A model generated the notes under the pieces. The model did no database searches. It saw only the letters and a list, made by a program, of their open reading frames with translations, and was not told the DNA's origin. A stretch of 64,000 nucleotides of DNA from Octopus sinensis (Eukaryota), in NCBI RefSeq assembly GCF_006345805.1, contig NC_043013.1:54374001-54438000 (forward strand). Reading direction: 5' to 3'. Position numbers and translations under genes: made by a program. Below, one piece after another: positions 11,746 through 24,000 of this stretch; the first letter of the stretch is position 1; every line of letters starts with the position of its first letter.

Positions 11746-13523
11746 TAATACGTACAGGAATTGGCAACAGTAAATAATTACGCAAGTAATTACTTTAAAT
11801 TTTTGAAAGGTTTTTTTTCTCAGTTGATAGTTTTTGTTATGACCAGAGCTAAGTAAACATAGGTGGGGAAATTATTGTAACTAGTGATATCTAAATTATA
11901 TTCTAGTAGAAGAAAAGTTTTTATGAACTGTTAGTTTCTTATTCAGTTTTTATCTGTTTCAATAATCAGAAAGAAAATCTAAAATATTTTCTGAAAATCA
12001 TCATCATTATTATTATTATTATTAGTAGTAGTAGTAGTAGTAGTAGTTGTTGTTGTATTTTATTTTCATAATTATCCTGTTCCATCAAAATATGATAATC
12101 ACTTAATAATAACCCATTCACTAGATTGGTTTTATTAAGTCACTAAAATTTTCACTGCTCTACCAAATTATACAGTGCAAGAATAAGTATTTAGATTGGT
12201 ATTATCAAGTTTCTGTGTATAAAAACCACTTGGCAATGATTCAATACTGCGTAGGTTGAGCAAACAAGCAAGAGAGAGAGAGAGAGGAGAAGAGTATGTA
12301 GATATTTTTGAGTAGCAAATAAATAATTGCCACTTCATCAATTTTCTTTAATTTCCACTATTTTAGATGTTTAAGGCAATTAATCAAGGAAATATGTGAC
12401 TTCAGGCTATAACCTCTTTTTATTTTCTGTTAAATATTAAAATAATAATAATAACATCAACCACAACAAAATAAAAGCAAAGATTCTTCAGATAACCAAA
12501 AGCACGTGATGTGATGTAGAGGCAGTAACAAGTTTGCAACTGAACCTAGTGGAACGGTTATCAGTTTTTTTTGTTTTATTATTTCCACTGCCACTACTAC
12601 CACTCCTGCTTCACAAACACCATCCTTAATGAAGCACTTCACCAAGTCCTATAGACTACAGGCTTATCTCTTCCAGACAGTGTGGTGCAATATAACAAAT
12701 TTCCTTATTCATTAGCAATAATGTTCTCATTTTAAAAACCTCGTATTATTGATTTCTTTAACTTGAATATATTCACTGACTTTTCAAAATAACACAAAAA
12801 CGGAGCAAAGTTGTTGGAAATATTTTGATGATCTTACTTTCATTCCAGTTCTACAAAAAGCTGGTGTTCAATAAATTTGACCAAAGTGTTCTTCTATTGC
12901 TTTCACACCACTTAATACATTCCCAACTTTACATTATTCTCACGCTGAGCATCAACGTTTTCTACTGTTACCATGGCAGCATTTATTACAAAGAAAAACC
13001 TGCTTTATCATTATATTTTAATCTGCACAGATTAATATAATATTTTATAAATATGAGAACTGAATATGATGTTATTGGATATATTTTATTGTAAGACATT
13101 TCTTCAGCTGACAACATATCAAAATAGAACCGTTATATGATGGAGCATATAATTCAATAACATTTTTACTACAATCACAGCAGCCTCCTAAATAGATTTA
13201 TGAAATTACACCACCTCAAGCTTTAGAATCTATATTTGAAAAGAAGTACAATGAACAGTTAGCAAAATTAGTTTGATGAATGCTTCTCTATACTGTTTGA
13301 GACAATCCTGTGTCTCACTGTTTGGCAAAACTACACAGCATTTGATTTGCTTTGATGATAGGCATAGAATAAAATGGTAAATAAAAGTTCCAACACAAAT
13401 TTATCAACCTCACAGCATTTCAAGCTCACAATTCTGCTAAACTAAAGATGTATTAGAAAGACAAAAAAAATCATTAAAATACACTACAATATTATTATTA
13501 CAATATTATCCATACATACATGT

Positions 13524-13688
<165 letters not shown>

Positions 13689-14639
13689 TTGAATTTGATG
13701 GACAAGACATTAACAGATATTTATCAATGTCAGTTCACAAATTTCATAACCAAATATTTATATTCATTCATCTTTCCAGTATTTATGATAGAGTAATAAA
13801 ACCCTACTTACAAATAAATGAATTAACTGCAGAGATTTTCAATGTATATTAATATTATTGGACATTGTAAGCATTTCCATTTTGGGGATAATAAGAGAGG
13901 CAATTCCACTGTTGTAATCTTAAGCATGGATCTATCATTTGTTGGGGAGGTTTGGCAGATCTGAGATGTTGGACATGGTGATGATAAGGGCGAAATGCAA
14001 AATAGTAAACTTTATCTTCCATTTTTCTGGGATTGATAAAAAGTTTTCCAGTTTAGGGTAGTGGACTGGCAGAATTCTTAGAGCATCAGACAAGGTACCT
14101 TGAGGTATATGTTTGATCTTTTTGCATTCTGAATTCAAATCCTCTCACAGCCTATTGAGACTACTGACTTAATCCCTTACACAGTTTGATACCACCACCA
14201 CTGGCTTTCTTACTGAGATCCATTCTGTTGCAGGCATTGAAACCAGTTCTTCATTCCCACAAGTCTCAGAAGCCATATTAAGAGTCAAAGGCACTGCCAT
14301 TTCCTCTTGAGTTAAAACAAAAGTCTTATTCCTTTTTTTATATTTTTAGATTTTTTTCTTACAAAAGTAACACAGAAATGTAATATAATTTAACACATGG
14401 GGTGCACAGCCCTACTTTAATGATTTCATCTATTACTGCATGAATCTAATTAAAATTACAGTAATAGGACAATGTATAATTAAGTTTGTGCAGTCTCTCT
14501 ATAGCTTCATAGTTTATCAAAAAGGTCTTCTTTCACATCAGCCCCTTTCAACATCAGCCACCTCATTGATGTAAATTGAAGAATTATTTTAGGATAGACG
14601 TACATGATTCTGATACTGAGAGACAGGTTTTTTTTCTTT

Positions 14640-16310
14640 GAGATATATTTTGATTCTCAAGAATGCTGTCAAAAATTCTGGTTACCATTCTAGTTTTGAG
14701 TTAGTTTTCTCAATTATTCCTCTATAAAATACTAATTCATCCAGTGTATTACTAGTTTGTAAGCTAATTATTTTGATTGCACTCTCATTAGGACCAATCA
14801 GCATGGGTCTTTTAACAGTGTCTTGTGTTCCTCCAGATGCTGGAACTTTTCTTCAAAAATGTTGAGTCAGAGAATGGCTAGTAGTAGACTGACTTGATTA
14901 GTCAGTTAGGACTATTGGAAGTGCTGAAAATGGTGCCATGTATGTTTAGAGCACATATTAAGTGACAGGTGGTTCATTTATGTCAAAGCTTTACCGTTAC
15001 TTGGAATACAAGAAAGAGATACATTTTGCAAGCTTTCACTTGAAATGTATGAACATTTAGAAGTTTCTCCTGAAATAAAGCATTACTTTGTTTGTTAATG
15101 GCCAGAAGTATGAATAACTGATAGATCACTTTCACCTGGGCCAGATACATAAAAGTGATTCCAAATTAGCACCAAACGTTTTTACAATTAGGATGAATGT
15201 CTTGAACATTCCAAGAGTGAAGTCTTCTCAGTGTGAAGGCTTCACTTGTTCAGCTTTACATTTTTTATTATTTGCAGAAAGTAAATTAATCGATTCAAAA
15301 ACCTTTCGGACTGGTTTAAAGAATGTGAAATTTCTTGCCAAGGTCAGCATACCTTGAAAATAGCTTCCAATGAATATTTATCTCAAGAAGAAGAAGTTAT
15401 TAGGTAATGAATCGTTAAACAATCTCATTGATCTCAAAGCTGTTTTGCATTATTGCTCCTTGCCAATCATCATTTCCTGACAAGGGTATCGGCTGTAAAG
15501 GATCTTTTCCATCATTCCTTATCTCTAAATCTTTACGTAACTCTCTCTCTCTCTCTCTCCTCTTTTTCTTTTTTTCTCTCTTCCTTCTTTTTCTTTCTCT
15601 GCTCTCTCTCCCTCTCTCCTCTATCTCTCTTCAGTGATATGTAGAACCAGCTGTAGCTTTCCTTTATCATGAACTTGTTGTTGGAAGGCAATTTGTCAGA
15701 TGTAAGAGAGCAGGCCAAATGCTAAGAATGACACGTGCATTTGATAAAAATCAAATTAAGGATATTGTTCTTTGTAAATGCATAGAGTGAGTGATGAGAT
15801 CCATGGAGATTCAATGCCTATTCCATGCCAATGGTGAATGCTGCTTTAAAATTAACTTCAATATTGCCAAAATAATCTTTTAGATATGATAATGCAGAGC
15901 TTCGGAGATAGAAGATGAAACTAATCCCTCAAACTCTGATGAAACCCTTTTCTGTCCAGCTTTATGATATCAAACACAGGCGCACAAATGCTTTCGGCTC
16001 ATTACCTCAGTTGACTCATCTATGAAAGAGAATGATGGCCATTTTCAGATCATCAACTTGTTCATCATGCAGGGTTTGTGGTTAAGAGTTTTTTTTTGAT
16101 GATCGTACTGTCCTTCTTTTTTGTGTAACTGTAAATTAAAGCTGACCAGAGGCTGACTATGCTTATTCGTCCAAAAGTTTACTCAAGAGATCAATGAACA
16201 GAAACGTGGGCTGGTTTGTAACATATACAACCTGGAGTAGGCTGGGGCTGAACATTTCAAAGTATTGAAGGTTTCCAAATGAGAATGTTATTCATGGGAA
16301 ACCAACTCAA
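14640..16310 (-). pseudogene. decayed hAT-superfamily transposase
   Basis: Minus-strand translation gives SFSFIDESTEVMSRKHLCACV (first catalytic D, ~16009-16023) and LIFIKCTCHS*HLACS...ESYSWF (CxxH motif, 15728-15739). It also gives NDGKDPLQPIPLSG followed by a frameshifted RW motif, and FTFFKPVRKVFESIN. Interrupted by stops and a (CT)n tract at 15541-15630. Boundaries approximate. Confidence 0.8.
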
Positions 16311-17350
16311 TTTTTTCCCAAAAATTATAAAGAACTGAGGCATTTTACCAATATTAAGTGAATAACCATCATCATCTGTACCAATACAAACAAAATATAA
16401 ACCCAATTTTATTTCAAAAGTCCTGCTCTGCAAAAATTACAATAATGCATTCCATTTCAACATTCTATTTCAATATCCTTACATGATGTTATAGTATATA
16501 GAATGTAAAGAAGAGACACTATGGTGGAAAATTTAAATGGAGCTCAAAGAAAAGATTAAAAACAGTCGTTAATTTTTTTCTTTTTACTCGACCAAAACAC
16601 GTGAGAAATATTGGTGGTGATGTGGCTATGAATATCTTGACAAAACTTCACTCAATTAATTATAATTTACTAAATTGGTGAAGAGACAGAACTTAAAATG
16701 GATTGTAAATTTCATTCATTAATAAAATATCAGAGAATAACTGATTTACAAACTACTTAACTGTAATTCTAACAGCTCACTCACAGATTCCTCCCAATAA
16801 CCAAAGAATCAAAGAATCAACAACATGTGAACGATGCACAGTTTAGACAAAGAGGCAAACATTAAAGTAAATTATATTTCTATAATTGCTAACGAGCAGT
16901 TAATGTAGAAAATAAATTAATGATTATCATATAACGTATTGTGAGGAAGACGTAATGAAAAATTTGAAAATAAAAGAAATTAAAGTTTAAAGATAGAAAA
17001 ACTTTTTTATATCTGCTGTGCATGTTGATGGTTTGTTGAGTTAGAAATGGTTGAGCCATTGCACTCTTTGAAGAATATGTTCATGCTTGCTTCATCACTA
17101 ACTTGTTACAATGATGTCTTTAGCATAAACACAACACAGACAAGACAACTTCTTTGTGTTGATGGCATGATAAAATGTATCCAACAGTTTCTGTTAAGAG
17201 CTTGGTATTAGAAAGGGCAGCCAGCCATAGAACAACACTAAAAACTGGAATGTACAAGAGGTACATGATCTTCTAACTCATGCCACCATAGAAATCAGAC
17301 ATAAAAAAACTTATGATAATAATTATATGTATATATATAGGTGTGTGTGT

Positions 17351-17775
17351 AGGCATTGTTGTGTGGTAAGAAATTTTGCTTTCCAACTACATGGTCTCGG
17401 GTTCAATCCCACTGTGTAGCTCTTTTGGCAAGCATCTTCTGCTATGGACTTGGACTGACCCAAGTCTCTTGTGAGTTGATTTGGTAGGCAAAAACTGGAA
17501 AAGTCTTGGCTTATGTGTGTAAATGAGCATGTGTGTTACTTGTCTTCTTCCTTTGACTTCATGTCATAGCTGTAAACGAGTGCCACTGCCATGCAAGCGG
17601 TATCCTTCATTTCCAATCTTCCATGAAAACATATCTGGTCATGGGGAAATATTATCTTCCTTGGAAACAGGCGAAGGTTGGTGATTGGAAGGACATCCAG
17701 CTGTAGAAATTCTGCCTCAACAAATTCCGTCTGACTCATGCAAGCAGGGAAAACTGGGTGTTAAACAATGATGAT
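17351..17775 (+). mobile_element. SINE family A head joined to a (GAT)n-tailed 3' part
   Basis: TGTGTGGTAAG A-box, GGTTCAATCCC B-box and GGCAAGCATCTT core. The 3' part GGAAGGACATCCAGCTGTAGAAA...GTTAAACAATGATGAT is shared with the GAT-tailed family. Confidence 0.7.
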
Positions 17776-18479
17776 ATATGTGTGCATGCATGTATGCATA
17801 CATACATACACACACACACACACATATATATATATGTAGTTTACCTTTCCATTCAGGTTTGAGTGACAACAAAACAAGGTACTCCATCTGATGAGAGATA
17901 AATATTGTTTAATATACACAGTATATAATTATGAGCTCCTACTCATTTCATACTCGTAACTATACACTCTGTGTGTATATGTGTGTGTGTATATACATAT
18001 ATATATGTGTATATATATGTTTGTATGTATTTTTTATGTATGTGTGTATAAATGATTAATTAGGGAATCCTCCAACTGAACATTGCAAACCTATTAAAAT
18101 TATTTGTGTGACAGCGATACAAATTGAAGTGGTTCACTTATTAATTAATATAAGCTGCAACTTTTGTTTACATGACAAAATGATGTAAACAAACTCTAGC
18201 ATTAATCAAAAAAGAAGTTAACTATTTCTAGCATTGATAGTATTTGATTTCCGGGAGGAAGTTTTCAAACTCTATGCAGATTTATGTGCAATTAAAGAGT
18301 AATTTTAGAGTATTAAAAACAAATTTTAATGTCACTAATTACAAACAAGAATCATGAATTTTGAAGATAATTATTTGAAAATGAAAATATCATTTTATTG
18401 TTACTAAGTTATATTTTCAGTACATTTCTAACAGCAACAACAACAAGCTTCTTCATTTGAATTTCATTAATAACAAGAA

Positions 18480-18880
18480 GGTAAAAAAAAAAGGCAAATC
18501 ACCAATTGCAAAGTCAATCTTTGTTAGTCTTAGGAAACATGTTAACTAGATTCCTTCTGTACTTTGAAACTTGTTGGCAGCGTATTCCAGATTGAACCAG
18601 TAAATTATTTCTTCAACTTTGACAAAACATATCTCACTTGCAATGAACTGACTAAGCAAAAGGCTCTTCTATGGGAAATGGATTATAATCTTATTACAGC
18701 AAGTGTAGCTAAGCTCTCCCTCTTTCCCCATTGACTCTCTTTATAGGCTGTGTTATTGCGTTAGAGTAAGTTACTAACACATTGCATTCCATATTCTGTA
18801 CAATTTATCACTTTCCCTCTGACAAGCTTTACAGATAGTCAAGTTTCTGTAAAGTCACTCACTATACCTAATAAGTTCTC
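18480..18880 (-). mobile_element. possible highly decayed Tigger/pogo (Jerky-like) N-terminal HTH remnant
   Basis: Frameshifted minus-strand reading KLD..C.KLVRG...CTEYGM..VSNL resembles the psq-type HTH; weak similarity only. Confidence 0.25.
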
Positions 18881-19199
18881 ACTTTTCTGTTGACTCGCTT
18901 TACACACATTCATGTTACAGAAGAGTAAGTCATGTGCAAGCTGCTGTTTACACACAATTTACAGAAAATTACAGAAAACTGGCATTTTCAGTTGATTACA
19001 AACACAGACTGTATTGTCATTTGTGTTAAGTGAAAAGCATTAATTAAATTTTCTTTCATAGGTGTCGTTACCAGTTTTGCAAGGATTATTAAACAATAAA
19101 TGCCCAAATTCTATTTTTATTTTTGAATGAAGTTTACTCGTTATTTTGCAAATGTAAATTTTCACCAATACTGCTTTCTTGTGACCTAATCCAAAAAGA

Positions 19200-19528
19200 A
19201 CTGGCACGCCATCAGTTACGTCAATAACTGTTCCGGTTGATCCGATCGATGGAACAACAACCTACTCATGAAATTAACATGCAAGTGGCCGAGCACTCCA
19301 CAGACATTTGTACTCTTAACGTAGGTCACAGGGGGATTCAATGGGATTCAGAATGAGACAAGGCCGACCCTCTGAATTAAAGGTCCAACTTATTTTTACT
19401 GGCTGAGTGGACTGGAGCAGTGTGAAATAAAGTGTCTTGTTCAAGGACACAATGCATCACCAGGAATTGAACACTTGATCTGACAATCGTACACTGAATA
19501 CTCTAACCACTAAGCCATGGGCCTTCAC
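19200..19528 (-). mobile_element. tRNA-derived SINE (family B)
   Basis: On the minus strand: head GTGAAGGCCCATGGCTTAGTGGTTAG (A box), GTTCAATTCC (B box) and core TGTGTCCTTGAACAAGACACTTTATTTCAC. Partial copies at ~50960-51090, 45040-45190, 26930-27075 and 24740-24900. Confidence 0.75.
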
Positions 19529-21209
19529 ATCATGTGACCTGAGTATCAGAGACACCTTTGGATGTCAGTGACAGCTTTGTATACTAATTGTCAAGCATCT
19601 TTGTTTTGTGATACCAAATCACTGGACTATCTTATTGTAATGTTAGAATAAAAATGCTAGTTTATTGAGCCTCCTTTCATTTTAAAACTAGTGTTGATTT
19701 TATTACTGTCATTTTGCAATCACACCATATTACGAAAGAGGGGTGACAAATTATGACAAACATCTTTGTCACGCAGAATATATATATTAGCCTAGCCATT
19801 GCTCCACTTATTTTAACTTCCTCCACAACAAAATGCAGCAGCAGTTAATACATTTACTCTCTACACTATCACCCTATTGCAATTAGAAATATGTTCCTGT
19901 CATCTTCTCCCCACTCATCACTTACTACTCTTCTATTCTCTCTCAGTTACAGGGACCAATTTTCAGACCCTTGCGGACTACAAGGCAATTTTCATTAATG
20001 ATGTTGCCACAGACAAAGCATCCAATACCCTGTGTAAAGTGGCCGGCCAAGGCAGGGCATCGAGCAATAGCGACCACATCAAAGTAGACACTGCTGCATG
20101 ATGCTGTCCCCTGGTTCGTCATCATTAAGATGATGTCTGCAATATTAATTTACATGAAATTTTAGTAGAAAGTTTTCATTTAGATCACTTAAAGAGAAAA
20201 AACGATTTAGTAGCTTATAACGAAAATAAATGGTTGCATTAATTAGTATGAGAGAAAGAGAAAGAGTAGATTGGTGACCATAATATGTATTAACACATGA
20301 AAAAGAAAACAGTTTTTATTCCAAACTATTGATGAAATAGTGAAATCTTCTACAGATCCTGCAAGCACAAAAGAAAACCTTTGACCAATTAGAGTCCACT
20401 TTTGTTTATTGGCTATAATGTCTCTAATAGAAACTTGTTAATCAAAGGCAACGTAATATGTTCAGTGTTACACTTGCAAGCTGTAACCGTTATATATTAT
20501 TCCAAAATGTTTCCATCAGGAAATTATCCAAGTAGCTGTTCGGGTGACAAATACATGTTGTGAATTTCAGAGAAATGATTTAGTTCTTACATGAAGAATC
20601 TCTTGTGGGTATTGAGCTGTAATGAGAATCGAGTTCCACAAGCTTTCACTTTACAAAGGTGAGATTACAGATTAACATATTTCACCCAATAATCTTTAAT
20701 AAATAATTAATTGGAATGCACGATGCAGTTAACTCCCTTGTCCTGCAGTAACTCTCCACTTGAAGTATTAAATAACTCTCGTTACATCAATATCATGATG
20801 ACATTAACCATTTCTGTAGCACGAAGTCAGAGCTAATGCAAAATCATTAATTTATGCAGCACAATCATTAATTTATGCAGCTGCCTTATCTCAGTGAATT
20901 CTACTTTACATATTTAACTGAAAGTTCTGTGATACATGAATCATCATGAAAGACTGTTCTATGACAGAGAATATGGGTTTGTGAAAAAGAATGGCATGCT
21001 CAGCGGAAAAAAGATTATATAAGCAAAAAAAGGTGGTGGGGTGACGGTGGCAGTGGTTCTTGTTATTTAGCCCAAGGTTGTCTCTGATCCAGGATACCTA
21101 TCGTCAAAAGCATTCCAGCTATAGCAAGCTTATTGTTTCTTTTTTTTTGTTCATTTTTATGTATGCATGTGTGTGTGTGTGGTGTGTGTGTGTGTGTGTG
21201 TGTGTGTGG

Positions 21210-21895
21210 AGGGGAATTTAAAAATTGCTATGCCAATCCCATAGCCTCCTTCCGATAGAGGGACAAAAGTGAAGCTACTAAGTTGGTTAGATACGTACGG
21301 ACTTTGAAAGATAACGAAACACGGCATGTGATTAAATGGAAAGTAATTGAGAAATCCATACCTTATGTGAACCGATTGAATAAATGCAAACTTTGTTTGG
21401 CTGAAAGGGCACAGACCCTATTCACGTCTAAGATCCCTAACTCTCTATTGAACTCCAGGTCAGAAATTTTCAGTGGTTCCATGATTATGTATAAAAATAT
21501 TTTGAAAAATTGGAAAATTCTACCTATTCCTGACTAACTTGATATTGTTCCAGCCTTATCATTTAAGATCTGAGGAGGATAGCTCTTTTACCTTTTAACT
21601 TTTTATTTTTTACCTTTTAATTTTTGTGTTTTTATTTTCCCTTTTTTATTTTCTGTGTTTTCTATTTGTTGCCTTCTCAGTTTCATCGCATTTCTTCTAT
21701 TATTTGATTTTTTTTTTAGTTTGTCATGATATGTGGTTTGTATTTGAAGAATATGTTTAGGTATTTCTCAACATATGAAACTATCAGCAGTCATTAAATA
21801 CATGTATTCTGTCCTTTAAATAAATAATATTTATCTCTCACCAGACGGAGTACTTTTTGGTGAATTTTCTATCACAGAACAGTACGTTATATACA
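21210..21895 (+). mobile_element. Penelope-like element 3' end: GIY-YIG endonuclease C-terminus plus pLTR remnant
   Basis: GEFKNCYANPIASFR*...ATKL then VRTLKD..VIKWKVIEKSIPY....CKLCLAER....LLNSRSEIF (ORF 21283-21537), the typical PLE C-terminal pattern. A hammerhead-like motif follows. Confidence 0.8.
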
Positions 21896-21901
21896 TATAT
21901 A

Positions 21902-22390
21902 TCATCATCATCATCGTTTAACATCTGCTTTCAATGCTAGCATGGGTTGGACGGTTTGACTGAGGGCTGGCGAACCAGATGGCTGCACCAGGCTCCAGTC
22001 TTGATCTGGCAGAGTTTCTCCAGCTGAATGCCATTCCTAACGCCAACCACTCTGAGAGTGTAGTGGGTGCTTTTTACACGCCACTGGCACGGGGCCAGTC
22101 AGGCAGTACTGGCAACAACCTTGCTCAAATCTTTTTACACATGCCACCAGCACAGGTGCCAGTAAGGCAATGCTGGTAACGATCCTGCTCGAATGGTACC
22201 TCTTACATGCCCCGGCATGGAAGCCAGTTAGCCACTCTGGAAACGATCACGCTCGGATGGTGGTCTTAGCACCCTACTAGCATGGAGCATAAGTGCCAGT
22301 AAGGCAACTCTGGTACCGATCACACTTGAATGGTGCCTTTATGTGCCACTGGCATGGAAGCCAGTTAGCTGCTCTTCAACGATCACAATT
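21902..22390 (-). mobile_element. (GAT)n-tailed SINE/LINE-related repeat (family C) with ~60-70-bp internal tandem modules
   Basis: (CAT)n start, CAGCTG(A/G)ATGCC(A/C)TTCCTAAC core and about five GCCA..GGCAC...CCAGT...GGCAAC modules. Homologous to 44607-44927 and 52655-53240. Confidence 0.8.
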
Positions 22391-23310
22391 GCTCATGCTT
22401 GTCATCGAATTTCACTTTGATTTTGAGTTTGATATATATATATATGTGCATGTATGTATAAAACAGTTTTAGAAGTATACTCTTATCTTAAAACATATGG
22501 TTATTCTGAACATAACTGGATTAAATACCACAAGGTATTTTGTTCTTTGGTCTATAATCTCTAGCAATCAATCATGTTCCATATTTTGACATAATGACTA
22601 TTTCTTGGTAAAATAAAAACACGATGAAGCTCTTCACTTGAAACTAAAAGAAATTATAAAACACGTGCCTATCTAAGCACCCACAAATTTTCCTTATTTT
22701 TTTATTTATGTATTTACTTCTTGAATGGCATGGTGGGAAAACTATTTGAGAAAGATGAATTATCCATCCGCCTTTATAATTATTTTTATAATTTGTTCTA
22801 GAACTATCCAGGGAAATACTATTACTGCTAGTATATAAATTTACAACCCCGTCAATCTGTAACTAACTTGATGAGTGCTAATACATGAAACTCTCATCCC
22901 TCAAGTCACTCTGTTGCTTCTGCTAAATATTATTATTTCATATTTTCCTTTTATACTTTCTGCATTCTGCATTCTATCTACTTTCTTGTAGATCACTCCC
23001 TCTCCAGAATAACTTCTAAAAAAATGAACTCTACTAATTCTTTCTATTGAAGCTCTTTTAACTCATCTCTGATGATGGAGCATCACTTACTTCCAGGAAA
23101 CAGCTGTAGGACCACCTATTTATAAATGTCCTAGGAATATCAGATTGCCTTGGCTTTGTAATCTTCTTTTATTTAGCATATACACGCTCACACACGACTT
23201 GCCTTAGACTCCTCACTTATGCCATTGTTGAACCAGGAGCTTAACAACAATCCTTCCGTAACACTTACACAGCCTTACTTTCCTATTGGGTCTTCTGAAT
23301 ATCAAAACAT

Positions 23311-23361
<51 letters not shown>

Positions 23362-23688
23362 TCTGAGTTCTATTTTTCTGTTTGTATCTTCAAATCTGTA
23401 AAACTATACTAAATGTGTCAAGTGAGTGGGTCAGTTTATGCCAACAGAGAAAATGGAAATGATGTGGAATTCTGTGACAAACACTCTTTTACTTGTTGCA
23501 GTCATTTGACTGTGGCCATGCTGGAGCACCGCCTTTATAAATGTACAAAATTATGTACATGATTATTCTTTGGTTCAGTCACCTAAATTTCCTAATTGTG
23601 AAACCAATGCGTAAGTGGTTGAGTATTCCATAGGCATGTGTACCTTTAGTGTTATTCTCAGGCTGAATCAGGAAATGAAAACATTACA

Positions 23689-23719
<31 letters not shown>

Positions 23720-23966
23720 ATTTACTGGACTTCTGGATTGGTATTTTCTCAACCCTAAAGGATCAAAAGGTAATTTTAACCTGACAAGATTTGTACTCAG
23801 AGCCCAGAGAACCTAAGTACTAATACTACAAGATTTTCTGTCTGGGACTCTAACAATTCCACCAATTTGCTGCTCCCCTTAACAGAAAGAAGTTATTTGT
23901 GGAATAGTTCTTGGCAGGTGATATATTTTGAAGCTGATGCTGTTGTTATTATCATCATCATTATTA

Positions 23967-24000
<34 letters not shown>

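Noticed and set aside
19877-20125. Apparent exon/ORF after a CTCTCAG acceptor-like site
   Set aside because: The sequence is a diverged copy of the family C repeat (AAAGCATCCAATACCCTGTGTAAAGTGG...AGGGCATC).
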